Positions 1 to 9,109 of a stretch of DNA of 64,000 nucleotides are shown in pieces. Source of the stretch: a virus (Duplodnaviria > Caudoviricetes); the IMG/VR virus record IMGVR_UViG_2930430511_000001, positions 25,707 through 89,706 of that record; one strand, written 5' to 3'. The notes beneath the pieces are model-generated. The model saw only the letters and a list, made by a program, of their open reading frames with translations, searched no databases and was not told where the DNA came from. Made by a program: the position numbers and the translations under genes. Every line of letters starts with the position of its first letter. The stretch's first letter is position 1.

Positions 1-91
1 GATCGAAGTCGTTCTCGGTGCAGACCTTGTGGTGCTGCCAGTTGCTGGCGTCTACGCGGGGCCGCGCGGTAGACGAAGCGGGGGCGCTCAT
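1..91 (-). CDS. 5' end of a probable WhiB-family regulator (runs off window)
   Basis: ATG at 91 overlaps upstream stop (ATGA); MSAPASSTARPRVDASNWQHHKVCTENDFD resembles the WhiB N-terminal W-x5-C-x3-D motif. Confidence 0.5.
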   Translation of the reverse strand, partial: MSAPASSTARPRVDASNWQHHKVCTENDFD

Positions 92-900
92 GACTTGGCC
101 TCCTTAGTGATTGGTTCGGGGTTCTCAATGGCCTCGGCCTGGCGCTGGAAGCCCCGCACCCGCTCCCATTCGGCTGCGGTAAGTGCCCGCGCTCCGCGGC
201 TGCCATTGCAGAAGCCGTGGGTCCACCAAAGATTGGACGGCACATCAGGCCCGCCAAGGCTGACGGGAAGCAGGTGATCGGCTTGCGCGTCTTGGCTACT
301 CGCGATCACGTTCAGGCACAGGTAACAGACCTGCCCGGCAGGAGCGCCGTACGCCTCACGGCATATGCGACGGGCGTCGCGCCCGGCACAGTCCCGACAA
401 CGAGTGCGCAGCCCATCCGGCTGACCACGGTCAAGCCGGAACTCCGTTTCGGGTAGAAGCTGACCGCACTGGCCAGCACAGCGCTTGAGAACGTTGGGAT
501 CCTGAACCCGCCCGGAGTTCTTAGCCAAGTTGATCTGCCGAATCACGGCATGCCGATCTGCCGAATACTGACGACGGGCTGCTGCATTGGCCCAGTAGAA
601 GGCCACCGAACTGCGCCGCCGCGTCTCTAGGTACGCCAGATCGCCAGACTTCCGTGTGTGATAGTCGGCGTGGCAGCTCCGACAGTAGGAACTGCGGCCA
701 TCGGAGGAGCTGCTGTACCGGTTGAATGCCGGCAACGCCTTCACCGTCAGACAGCGAGAGCAGATCTTTACGGGGAGCCCTTTGGCCCTCAGCGCGTAGT
801 TCATCACGGTCCTCTTCTCCCGAACCGCGTACGGGTGGTTACTCGGCAATTCGGGGGTCAGCGCGGCCTCTCTCGTAGGGCGGCCGGTGAGGGTGCTCAT
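88..900 (-). CDS. HNH endonuclease with two Cys4 zinc-ribbon repeats
   Basis: CYLC...DHLLPVSLGG...NLWWTHGFCN HNH motif; two C-x2/3-C...F...DG...C-x2-C repeats; start at ATG 900 coupled to upstream stop. Confidence 0.85.
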   Translation of the reverse strand: MSTLTGRPTREAALTPELPSNHPYAVREKRTVMNYALRAKGLPVKICSRCLTVKALPAFNRYSSSSDGRSSYCRSCHADYHTRKSGDLAYLETRRRSSVAFYWANAAARRQYSADRHAVIRQINLAKNSGRVQDPNVLKRCAGQCGQLLPETEFRLDRGQPDGLRTRCRDCAGRDARRICREAYGAPAGQVCYLCLNVIASSQDAQADHLLPVSLGGPDVPSNLWWTHGFCNGSRGARALTAAEWERVRGFQRQAEAIENPEPITKEAKS

Positions 901-1439
901 TCGGGGGCTCCTGCAAGGGTGTAGAGGCGGATGAGGGCTCCGGGCGTGGGGAGGGCTTCGGGGTGTTCGCCGGGGTAGACCTTGCGGATGGCGAGTTCGG
1001 TGATCTGGGAGTCGTCGCGGATGACGCCGGACAGCGAGAGGGCGTCGAGGCATGCGCGGGCGTGGTGGTCGATGTCTGAGCTGGCTCGGGTGATGGGCCA
1101 GGTGCGGCGGCGCTTGGGTGCGCTCTTCGGCTTGGGGACGGTGATGGTGATGTCGACGGCGGTGGGGATGTTGGCATAGAGGCCGTGGTCGGGCTTGGGG
1201 GTTCGGCAGGTGAGGCAGATGCCGTTGAAGTCGGTGTAGCCGTGGCAGCCGGTGGTGTCGCGGGTGGCGAGGACGATGGCTTGGCGCCAGGGCTTGAGGG
1301 TTTTGTCGTTGGTGTGGCGGGCTCCGCGGCCTTTGCCGAGGAAGCTGATGGCTCCTTGGCCGGCGGGGGTGCCGTAGACGGCGATGGCAGCGCGGTGGTC
1401 CCAGGTGGGCGCTGCGGGTTCGGGGGCGGTGAGGGTCAT
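897..1439 (-). CDS. rusA: RusA-family Holliday junction resolvase
   Basis: G-x-P-x-x-QG N-terminus, KPWR, and DIDHHARACLDAL...GVIRDDSQI acidic motif; ATG 1439. Confidence 0.85.
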   Translation of the reverse strand: MTLTAPEPAAPTWDHRAAIAVYGTPAGQGAISFLGKGRGARHTNDKTLKPWRQAIVLATRDTTGCHGYTDFNGICLTCRTPKPDHGLYANIPTAVDITITVPKPKSAPKRRRTWPITRASSDIDHHARACLDALSLSGVIRDDSQITELAIRKVYPGEHPEALPTPGALIRLYTLAGAPE

Positions 1440-1669
1440 GCTGCGTATTCCTTGGCGAGGTGGTGGACGGGGGTGGGGCCGTTGGGGCCGGCGCGGAGGT
1501 GTGTGGCGTGGCCGCGTTGGTGGCCTATGTGGACGGCGCCGCAGAAGGTGCAGCGGTATTCGTCGAGAGGGCCGGCGCCTTCTCCGCGGAGTTGGCGTGC
1601 GCGGCGGCGGCCTGCTCGCCTGCTGGGGAATTCGGTCTTGAGGTAGCAGGCCGCCAGGTAGGTGTTCAT
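1436..1669 (-). CDS. Small phage protein with YRC-x2-C-x3-H motif
   Basis: MNTYLAACYLK...YRCTFCGAVHIGH; translationally coupled on both sides. Confidence 0.6.
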   Translation of the reverse strand: MNTYLAACYLKTEFPSRRAGRRRARQLRGEGAGPLDEYRCTFCGAVHIGHQRGHATHLRAGPNGPTPVHHLAKEYAA

Positions 1670-1815
1670 GGGTTGTCGTTGAGGCCGAGGGCCCGGACGA
1701 GTTCGCCGTATTCGTCGGTGAGCTGGTCGATGAGGCCGAGGAGGTAGGTGATGTCGTCGTCGGTCTGGAGGTGTTGGGCGGCTTCGTTGCGGATGCGGGT
1801 GAGGCGCTGGTCCAT
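1666..1815 (-). CDS. Hypothetical 49-aa protein
   Basis: AGGAG RBS, MDQRLTRIRNEAAQHL..., ATGA overlap with next gene. Confidence 0.5.
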   Translation of the reverse strand: MDQRLTRIRNEAAQHLQTDDDITYLLGLIDQLTDEYGELVRALGLNDNP

Positions 1816-1878
1816 TGCTGCTCCTGAAGGTTGGGGCGGGTGCCGGGCGGTGGGGTCGCCCGGCGGGTGGGGCTCGGG

Positions 1879-2286
1879 TCACGCGGCCGTCTTCGGCAGG
1901 GCGACGCAGATGCAGCCGGGGATGGTGTAGGCGGAGTCCAGGTCGAGGTCGAAGAGCTGGTGGCGCTGCTCGGCGAGGAGGGAGTCCTTCTTGCGGAAGG
2001 CCGCGGCCTGCTCGCGGGTGGCGGGGCGGACGGAGTAGGTGCCGTCCGTGGAACGGGTGATGAAGTCGCCGAAGCGGGCAACAATCCGGGGCTGCCGGGT
2101 CTCTCCGGTGCCGATTCGGAGGCCGGTGACGGTCAGGTAGCCGTCGACGTCCTCCCAGTAGCCCTTGGCGTAGATCCCGTCGCGGTCGATCTGGTCGTCG
2201 ATCTGGCTGAGGTTGTACCGGCTGAGCTGCCATTCGGTGGTGGTCTGGGTGGGGCGGTCGAGGGTGGTCATCACAGTCATCTCCAA
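1879..2286 (-). CDS. Hypothetical protein
   Basis: ORF with GC3-rich coding pattern in leftward operon. Confidence 0.6.
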   Translation of the reverse strand: MEMTVMTTLDRPTQTTTEWQLSRYNLSQIDDQIDRDGIYAKGYWEDVDGYLTVTGLRIGTGETRQPRIVARFGDFITRSTDGTYSVRPATREQAAAFRKKDSLLAEQRHQLFDLDLDSAYTIPGCICVALPKTAA

Positions 2287-2314
2287 TTGCGAGGGTGGGT
2301 GTGGTGGTGAGGTG

Positions 2315-2818
2315 TCAGGCGGCCGGGGCGGCGTGCTCGTCGGTCCAGAACTGGCGCTTCTCGGGGTCCTGGTGTTCGCCGCGGTGTCGGACCGGGAGGG
2401 TGCAGCGGGTGCCGTAGAGCTTGGCGACGGACGGGCAGATGGCTGCGTCCTCCAGTGCGGCGATGCGCTGCTTCAGCTCGTCGCGCTCGCGGTTGGCCGT
2501 CTGAAGGTCGGCGTACATCGCCTGGACGTGCCGCTTGTTGCTCTTGGCGACGGCGGTGAGGGTGTCGACGCGGTCGGCGAAGGCGTCCCGCTCGGAACGG
2601 ACCCGGTCCAGCTCGGCCAGTACCAGCGGTAGCGCGCGGGCAAGCTGTGCTCCGGCGTCCGCGGTGCTTCCAACCTCGTCTTCGGGCTCCGCGGACCGGT
2701 CGCCCCAGGTGCGGACGATGGCGTCCGCCATGGCGATCAGCTCGCTCGGGGTGGGGGCCACGTCCAGGCCGGCGGCGTGGGCGGCCTCCTGCGTGCAGAT
2801 GAGGGCGTCGTGGTTCAT
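2315..2818 (-). CDS. Hypothetical coiled-coil protein
   Basis: LAELDRVRSERD...ERDELKQRIAALE heptads; coupled to upstream gene. Confidence 0.6.
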   Translation of the reverse strand: MNHDALICTQEAAHAAGLDVAPTPSELIAMADAIVRTWGDRSAEPEDEVGSTADAGAQLARALPLVLAELDRVRSERDAFADRVDTLTAVAKSNKRHVQAMYADLQTANRERDELKQRIAALEDAAICPSVAKLYGTRCTLPVRHRGEHQDPEKRQFWTDEHAAPAA

Positions 2819-3093
2819 CGGGCGTCCTCGCTGAGGATCTGGCCGAAGATCTCGGCGGTGCGGAGGTTGCGGATCTGGGAGAGGTAGCCGGCGGAGTAGG
2901 CGGCGCTGAAGTCGCTGTAGCGGGGGTCTTCGATGAAGCCGTATCGGTCTGTCAGCCGGTCGACGCTGACGCCCTCCTCGTCGTAGGCCTTCCAGACGTC
3001 AGTGCAGGCCTGGAGGTAGTCCTTCTCCTCGGCGAGGGTCTGGGGCTCGTAGGGGTCGAAGTCTTCGTCGTTGATGAAGTCGATGGAGTCCAT
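2815..3093 (-). CDS. Hypothetical acidic protein
   Basis: AGGAG RBS, operon context. Confidence 0.6.
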   Translation of the reverse strand: MDSIDFINDEDFDPYEPQTLAEEKDYLQACTDVWKAYDEEGVSVDRLTDRYGFIEDPRYSDFSAAYSAGYLSQIRNLRTAEIFGQILSEDAR

Positions 3094-3115
3094 GGCGGGT
3101 TCTCCTGGCGGGTGG

Positions 3116-3547
3116 TCAGGCGGCGAGGCGCGGGGTGGGGATGTCGGTGAGGTTGTCGGCGGTCTCCTGGGCGCGGATCAGGAGGCCGATGACGTCGCTG
3201 ACGTTGGGGCGTCGGCCGGTGAAGAAGTCCTCTTCGTCGAGCCACCGGTCGAGGTGCACCAGGTGGTCGTCGGCGCCGGTTTCCATGTCCGTCGGGGGCT
3301 CGGTGGGGAGCACTGCGGAGATCCAGCGCACGGTTTCCATGACGGTCTCGTTGCTCTCGATGAGCAGCAGTGCCATTTGCGGGTGCTTGTAGAAGCTCTC
3401 CGGGGTGGTGCCGGTGACGGCGCGGTAGACGGCTGCCGCGAGGTGGAGGCGGCCGTCGCGGTGGGCGAAGTGCCAGCTGCTGGTGGCGAGGCCGTGGTAG
3501 TTGACGATGTCTCGGGTGGTTTCGAGGACGAGTCCGGTGCTGGACAT
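3116..3547 (-). CDS. Hypothetical phage protein
   Basis: AGGAG RBS, GC3 bias. Confidence 0.65.
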   Translation of the reverse strand: MSSTGLVLETTRDIVNYHGLATSSWHFAHRDGRLHLAAAVYRAVTGTTPESFYKHPQMALLLIESNETVMETVRWISAVLPTEPPTDMETGADDHLVHLDRWLDEEDFFTGRRPNVSDVIGLLIRAQETADNLTDIPTPRLAA

Positions 3548-3678
3548 GGCTGTCTCCTGCGGGGTGCGCGGTGGTGGTGTCCGGCCCGGCCGGGGGAGCT
3601 ACTGCCGGCGGGGTTGTGGTGGTGGGGCCGTCGGGTGTTCGACCGGGGCCGGGCCGGAGCGGGTGGGGCGACTGTCGG

Positions 3679-4014
3679 CTAGTCGCTGGTGATGCGGTGG
3701 TGCTTTGCGCAAGCGGGGCACTGCGGGCGCTGGGTCTCGCCGTCGAGGTACACAGCGCAGAGGCTGAGCGGGGCGATGCGGTCGCAGGCGTCGGGGCACA
3801 TCTCGCAGCTGCATTCGACGAGTTCGTCACCGTCGGGGAGCTGGATGCCGAGCCAGGTGGCGGCTGCGCGGTGGAGGGCCTTGATGGTGAAGGCGTCCGT
3901 GGCGTCGTAGGTGTCGGTGAGGAGCTGGTCCCAGCCGGCTTTCTGCTGGGGGGTGAGGTCTCGGTAGGAGATGGCGGTCCGGGTGGTCACGGGCCTGTCC
4001 AGGGTCAGAGTCAT
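3679..4014 (-). CDS. Hypothetical Cys-rich protein, first gene of leftward early operon
   Basis: AGGAG RBS before ATG 4014; CSCEMCPDAC and CPAC motifs. Confidence 0.6.
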   Translation of the reverse strand: MTLTLDRPVTTRTAISYRDLTPQQKAGWDQLLTDTYDATDAFTIKALHRAAATWLGIQLPDGDELVECSCEMCPDACDRIAPLSLCAVYLDGETQRPQCPACAKHHRITSD

Positions 4015-4067
4015 GTGAGAGCTCCTGTAGCTGGAGGGCTGTTGGGCCCGTCCCTTGCTGACTCTTC

Positions 4068-4100
4068 GAGCATGACACATTGATAGTGCACATGCAATAG
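4068..4100 (-). promoter_or_regulatory. Housekeeping-type promoter TTGCAT-N17-CATGCT with overlapping palindromic operator
   Basis: Minus strand reads CTATTGCATGTGCACTAT (4083-4100) then CATGCT 17 nt after TTGCAT. Confidence 0.5.
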
Positions 4101-4124
4101 GAATGTGTGAGGTCATGAAGAAGA

Positions 4125-4151
4125 CCCCGCCCCCTGGGGGTTGGGGCGGGG
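4125..4151. terminator. GC-rich hairpin, probable terminator
   Basis: CCCCGCCCC...GGGGCGGGG inverted repeat downstream of 4176 gene. Confidence 0.5.
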
Positions 4152-4175
4152 CCAGCTATGAGGTTGAGCCGCAGG

Positions 4176-4406
4176 TCAGGAGCCGAGACGGTCCAGCTCG
4201 TCGCGCTGCGCCCTAAGCGCTGCCGACATGCTGATCAGGTTCTTGCGGCCGCGCCTGACGACCGTCAGCCACTCGTACCGGTCGATCCAGCGGTACAACG
4301 TCGACACCGACACGCTGTGGCCGGACTGAGAGAGGAACGCCGACGCGTCCTTCAGGGGGACGAGATCGTCGACTGCGGGGGCGGGGCTCGGTATCGCGAT
4401 GGCCAC
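4176..4406 (-). CDS. Small HTH DNA-binding protein (excisionase/MerR-like fold)
   Basis: LVPLKDASAFL...SVSVSTLYRWI...RRGRKNLI; GTG start. Confidence 0.6.
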   Translation of the reverse strand: MAIAIPSPAPAVDDLVPLKDASAFLSQSGHSVSVSTLYRWIDRYEWLTVVRRGRKNLISMSAALRAQRDELDRLGS

Positions 4407-4543
4407 GCGGCACACTCCAGGGCTATGGCCGTGGCGGTCGCAGCTCCGGCAGGCCTGGATGGTGTTGGTCGTGCGTGCCGGGTGGAGGCCGGCGGTGATG
4501 CGCGGATGCTGGGGACACCCGGTGAAGCGGTGGTGCGGTGGTG

Positions 4544-5089
4544 CTAGTTGGCGGCCCGCTGGGGACGGGACGTCACGTGGTGGTGGGCGATCTGACGCAA
4601 TTCCCACTGGGATGCCCGGCCGAGCTCGTCGCGACACTCGTCCTGAATGCATACGGCGCGTTCGATCGGTGCGCGCCACATCAGTGAGTAGCAGCGGCAG
4701 GCGGGGCAGCGGTGCGTGCGGATGACGCGGCGGTCCCCGGTGAGGATCTTCTGCTCGAGGACCTTGCCGTAGGCGATGGCCTCCCGTACCTGCCGTTTCT
4801 CTTCAGCGAGGTGCGCGGTGGCGTCCGCGGCCCACTGGAAAATACCTTCGTCCGCGGGCGGCGGCGGCACGTTCCTGCACGGCTCCCCGGCGAGGAGGAT
4901 CCGGGTCGTCTCGATCAGTTCGCTTCGGGTGGACCGCAGGTGGTCGAGGATTTCGATGTCGCAGGGTGGCTGCCCGTGGACTCGTGTGGCCCGGGGCCTG
5001 TTTCCGATAGCACGCGGCCGCATGGCGGTGAGTTCCTCGCGGAGGTACCGCATGCCGGCTGCTGCTGTGGCGCTTTCCTGGTCGCCCAT
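4544..5089 (-). CDS. Hypothetical protein with C-terminal zinc ribbon
   Basis: CPACRCYSL...CIQDEC; GGGGA RBS. Confidence 0.6.
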   Translation of the reverse strand: MGDQESATAAAGMRYLREELTAMRPRAIGNRPRATRVHGQPPCDIEILDHLRSTRSELIETTRILLAGEPCRNVPPPPADEGIFQWAADATAHLAEEKRQVREAIAYGKVLEQKILTGDRRVIRTHRCPACRCYSLMWRAPIERAVCIQDECRDELGRASQWELRQIAHHHVTSRPQRAAN

Positions 5090-5317
5090 GTGGTCCCCGT
5101 CCGTTCTGGGCCCTGGGGGCGCGTGGCGGGGGCAGGTGGGGCTGCGGGTCGCGCGCCGGGGCCGGAATGCGTTACTCCCGGTTGTTCCGGACGCCCCATT
5201 CTGGCACTAGTTGTCGCGCGTTCAACAGCATTCGGACGCATCCGCTGAGCGGCGCGGATGGTTGTGGTCGAACGGTCATAATCGCCGCTGCTGGTAGACA
5301 GATTGCCTACTCGTCAG

Positions 5318-5692
5318 TCACAGAGCGTCGGGGGCGCGTTGCGCTGCCAGGAGGGTGCCGCGGAGCCGGGTGTGGGCGTCGGTGGTGATGTAGCCGCGGT
5401 CGAGGGCCCCGTCGATGGCGTTGAGGGCGAGGGCGAGGGCGATGCGGTGCGCGGCCGCGGTGGCTGGCGTGGTGAGGGTCATGCCCTGGCTGATGTACAG
5501 GGCCTCCGCCTCGACCGCGTACTGCTCGCCGACGGGGTCGGCGGGTGGTTCGGGTGCTGCTGCCATGGTCGCGTCCTGCCTGCTCGAGGTTCGGGCGAGG
5601 GCGCGTGCGTGTAGGTCGATGACATCCGCCTCGGGCGCTGAGGTGGGTGTGGGGGGCGGTGGGGTGGAGCCGGCCGCCTCGGGTCCGGGCAT
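5318..5692 (-). CDS. Hypothetical protein
   Basis: GGAG RBS, GC3 bias. Confidence 0.5.
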   Translation of the reverse strand: MPGPEAAGSTPPPPTPTSAPEADVIDLHARALARTSSRQDATMAAAPEPPADPVGEQYAVEAEALYISQGMTLTTPATAAAHRIALALALNAIDGALDRGYITTDAHTRLRGTLLAAQRAPDAL

Positions 5693-6256
5693 GGGGTCTC
5701 CGCTCGCTGTCCGGCGCTGGGAAGGGTGGCGGAGGGGTGCCGGTGTCCCCGTCCGCGGGGCGCTGTGTGCACTGTCCCATCCAGCAACGGGCTGTGGAAC
5801 TTAGGGGCGCCTTTTTGATGCGAATTTGCGCATTCGGTGCCGCTGCGCGACGAGTCTCAGCCACACAGTCACCGTGAGCGCCCGTCTGGGGGTGGATATG
5901 AGTGCGCCCCCGCCTTGGCCGAGGGAAGTGCCGACAACCCTTGGTGGCCCTGGCGGGGGCGCGGAGACCTCATGTGAGCGGCCCCGGAGGGCGCGTCCGT
6001 GAGAACACGGCCAGTGTAGCGGCGGAACTGTCCATGCTGGTAGTGGATGCACCCCGTGGTTTCGGTGGGGTTGTCGGGGCCCGGGTCGGCTGCTCCACAG
6101 CGGCCACGTCTGCGAGCCGCCAGCCGCCCAGACCCCGTCGCCGCTCCCACAGCGGCACACCCCAGGCAAGAACCGCCGCACCTGCGGGGCAAGAGCGCCG
6201 GGGCGGTGTACTCGGACAGGTGACGGAGAACCCCCGGCAATCCGCGCCCAACGCAC

Positions 6257-6295
6257 AAAACGGCCCCGCTCCCCCACCGCGGGGAATCGGGGCCG
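6257..6295 (-). terminator. Intrinsic terminator after parB
   Basis: CGGCCCCG...CGGGGCCG stem followed by UUUU on minus strand. Confidence 0.6.
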
Positions 6296-6301
6296 CCCGC
6301 C

Positions 6302-7357
6302 TCAGATCAGGGTCTGGGCCACCTTCACCATCTGCTCAAAGTTCGACGGCGTCATTCGTTCCTGAAGCGCGCGCGCCAGCACCTCAGGCTTCTGAAGGGG
6401 TAGCCAATTCTCGTGCACGCTTTCCAGGCTATCCCGAAGGTCTCGGGTGCCCTCACCATCCTTGGCGACCTGATCGTGGCGATCTGGCTGACCGTCCTCT
6501 CCCAGCGTCCTCGGGGCCGGGGGCTTCAAAACCGGGTTTTGAACACTCGCCGGTTGCTCCGGAACCGCCGCTTCTTCGGCGGGCTTCAAAACCGGGTTTT
6601 GAGCCTGAGCCTGCTTCGGCTGCCGCTTAGCCTTCGGTTTGGAGGCCTCTTCCTGCATCTTGGTGACCGCAGCACGCTGCGCCTCAGGATCCTGAGTTCT
6701 TCCCGCCAACGCCCGAGCTTCCTTGATCTTGAAGCCCGGGGTGCCGACCTGCTCTTGCACGTCGGGAGCCAACTTCAGCAACGCCAGTCGGTGAGAGACG
6801 TACATCTGCGACTTGCCGATCCGCGCGGCTACGTTGTCCTGAGAACCGTGCTTCTCCACCATGCGCTGCAAGAACTCGGCCTCTTTGATCGGGTCGATGT
6901 TCTTGCGGTGGATGTTCTCGATGATGACGGCCTCGTCGATCTGCCCGTCGTCGTCACCGAGATGGTCCTGCACCCGGATATCGACGCGAGTCCACCCCAG
7001 TTGCCGGGCGGCGGCAAGCCGACGGTTTCCAGTGACGACGACCCAGTCGACAGCCTCGAGGGATTTCGCGTGCTGTGGCTTGAGACGCAGGTACACGTCT
7101 CGCGAAACGACGGACAGTCCCTGAAGCTGGCCGATCTCCCGCATGGAGGCTTTGAGCTCACGGAACTCGTCGTCCTCGTCGGAGTAGTCCGCGTCGGTAC
7201 GCGGGTTCTCCGGGTTACGGGCGATGGTGTGCATCAGCACCGTAACGGGCGGCTCTTGAGGTTCCGTTGGGCCGCTGCCTGTGTCCTCGCCGTCACCCGC
7301 AGCTTTGGGGTTGTTGGTGCCGAGGAGGGAGGTCCAGCTGTCCTTCTTCTTCGCCAT
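6302..7357 (-). CDS. parB: ParB partition protein
   Basis: NPR, GNRRLAA (ParB box II), IENIHRKNIDPIKEA, HTH VAARIGKSQMYVS; downstream of parA. Confidence 0.95.
   Translation of the reverse strand: MAKKKDSWTSLLGTNNPKAAGDGEDTGSGPTEPQEPPVTVLMHTIARNPENPRTDADYSDEDDEFRELKASMREIGQLQGLSVVSRDVYLRLKPQHAKSLEAVDWVVVTGNRRLAAARQLGWTRVDIRVQDHLGDDDGQIDEAVIIENIHRKNIDPIKEAEFLQRMVEKHGSQDNVAARIGKSQMYVSHRLALLKLAPDVQEQVGTPGFKIKEARALAGRTQDPEAQRAAVTKMQEEASKPKAKRQPKQAQAQNPVLKPAEEAAVPEQPASVQNPVLKPPAPRTLGEDGQPDRHDQVAKDGEGTRDLRDSLESVHENWLPLQKPEVLARALQERMTPSNFEQMVKVAQTLI
6525..6602. repeat. Two parS-like palindromes inside parB
   Basis: TTCAAAACCGGGTTTTGAA at 6525-6543 and TTCAAAACCGGGTTTTGA at 6585-6602. Confidence 0.75.
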
Positions 7358-8091
7358 CAGCGCCGGTCCTTCTTGCCGGCGCCGATCTCGACCGCGAGCT
7401 GGTAGAAGTCCTCACGGGCTTCCATGGCAACCCGGTTCTTGCGGTACTGGGTGACCACAGTCCCTTCGAGGGCTGCACGCGTGTGGACCTTGTAGTGGCG
7501 GATCACGGTGTTGGCGAGCTTCCAGCCCTGCGCCTCTACGAACGCCTGGGTCTGCTCGAGGTCGGCTGTTCCGTCGCGGGGGTCCCAGTTGTTGATGACA
7601 ACGAGGTAGGGCAGCCCGAGAGGCTTGACGACCTCTTCGATGGTGTCCTTCGTCGGCATGAAGCCGAGGGGTTCCGGCTCGATGGGGACGATGATGTCGT
7701 CGGCGTTGGCCAGGACCGCGCGCATGGCGTCGGCTGCGGCGCTGTTACCGAAGGGGTCGCCGGCCTTCTGCTTCTCGTCGTCGGGGAGGTCCATCCAGCC
7801 GGGGGTGTCGATGAAGGCGTGCTTGACCTTGCGGGACTTCTTCAGCTCGGGGAAGTACTCGAGGTCCGAGCGTGACTTGGTCTGGATGAAGGAGAAGGGC
7901 AGGTCGTCTCCGACGCGTTCGGACCACCAGGTGGCTGAGCCTTGGGGGTCGGCGGAGACTGCGGCGACGTAGTTGGGTTCGCCTTCTGGGGCTGTTCCGA
8001 GGACGTGGGCTGTGATGGCCGCTGTGTTCACGGTGAGGGTGGACTTGCCGACCCCGCCCTTGCGGTTGATGAGCGCGGTGATCCGTGCCAT
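7357..8091 (-). CDS. parA: ParA Walker-type ATPase
   Basis: KGGVGKST deviant Walker A, DPQGS, IDTPG. Confidence 0.95.
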   Translation of the reverse strand: MARITALINRKGGVGKSTLTVNTAAITAHVLGTAPEGEPNYVAAVSADPQGSATWWSERVGDDLPFSFIQTKSRSDLEYFPELKKSRKVKHAFIDTPGWMDLPDDEKQKAGDPFGNSAAADAMRAVLANADDIIVPIEPEPLGFMPTKDTIEEVVKPLGLPYLVVINNWDPRDGTADLEQTQAFVEAQGWKLANTVIRHYKVHTRAALEGTVVTQYRKNRVAMEAREDFYQLAVEIGAGKKDRR

Positions 8092-8213
8092 GTGTTGCTC
8101 CGTAGCTTCCGTATGCTTCCCGGCCCCGTGGGGCCAGTACTGGCGGACCGGGACAGCATGCCACGGCCTGTGGAGGGGGCTGGGCGTCGGGCGCGGCGAG
8201 TCGCTGCGGGGCT

Positions 8214-8280
8214 TTCAAAACCCGGTTTTGAACCCTCCCGCAGCGCAGGGCAGGCCGTGGTGTCAAAACCGGGTTTTGAA
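8214..8280. repeat. Two parS-like palindromes upstream of parA
   Basis: TTCAAAACCCGGTTTTGAA at 8214-8232 and TCAAAACCGGGTTTTGAA at 8263-8280. Confidence 0.75.
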
Positions 8281-8299
8281 ACCATGTGCCTCTCTCTTC

Positions 8300-9109
8300 T
8301 CAGGCAGTGCGTTGGAAGACGGTGGTAGGGAGGGCGGGGCCACGGTCGGCTCGTTCGGCGCGGGCTCGCCGGATGGCGACCTGCCGGGCCTGTTCCCGCG
8401 CGGCGGCGGCCTTCTCCTCGAGGTCCGAGGTGAACCACACGGCGTCGCGATGACCCGCCGGGTCCTCCCGCTTGGCGCGGAGTGCTTCCGTCTGGGCGTG
8501 GGCGGCGGCCTGGATGCGCTGCTGTATCTCGGTGACGGGCCGTTCGGCAGCGTGTGCCTGATGCGCGGCGAGCGCGGCCCGGTAACCGGGAGACGCGGTC
8601 TCCCTCCTTTTCACGGGCAGCTCCGGCGCTGGAGCGAGCTCCTCCTCCTGCTGGACCGGGTCGGTTATGGGACCGACGTTGGTGACTCGGATGGCCCGCA
8701 CGGCAGCACCCTGCTCCTGTAGGTGCTTCACGAGCGTCGGCCCGTACATGGTGCGTAGGTAGGCGGCCACTGTCGGGTTAGCCGGCTTCAGCAGCAGACA
8801 GGCGCGGGCCTTGGCGTAGCCGACGGGCTCGATCTTGCCGCGCAAGCCCTCGGGGCAGAGCTGGTTCCAGCGGTCGCGGATGCTGCCGCCTTGGGTGCCG
8901 GCCTTCAGGTCGCCGTCCTCAGCGAGTTGGTCGATGACGGCGCTGAGAGGCTTGGGATCGCGGCCGTCGCCGTACCGGGCGCCAACCCGCTTACTCTGGT
9001 TCCGGCCGTGAGCCGCTTTGGTCGCTGGCACCTGCTTGGCGAGGGCCTTGTACTGGGCCAGGGCCTGCCGGGCGAGATCCTTGCCGGATGACTCACGGGT
9101 GGCAGTCAT
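8300..9109 (-). CDS. dciA: DciA (DUF721)-family helicase loader
   Basis: SGKDLARQAL...RDPKPLSAVIDQL...GGSIRDRWNQL, the actinobacterial DciA pattern; next to rep. Confidence 0.7.
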   Translation of the reverse strand: MTATRESSGKDLARQALAQYKALAKQVPATKAAHGRNQSKRVGARYGDGRDPKPLSAVIDQLAEDGDLKAGTQGGSIRDRWNQLCPEGLRGKIEPVGYAKARACLLLKPANPTVAAYLRTMYGPTLVKHLQEQGAAVRAIRVTNVGPITDPVQQEEELAPAPELPVKRRETASPGYRAALAAHQAHAAERPVTEIQQRIQAAAHAQTEALRAKREDPAGHRDAVWFTSDLEEKAAAAREQARQVAIRRARAERADRGPALPTTVFQRTA

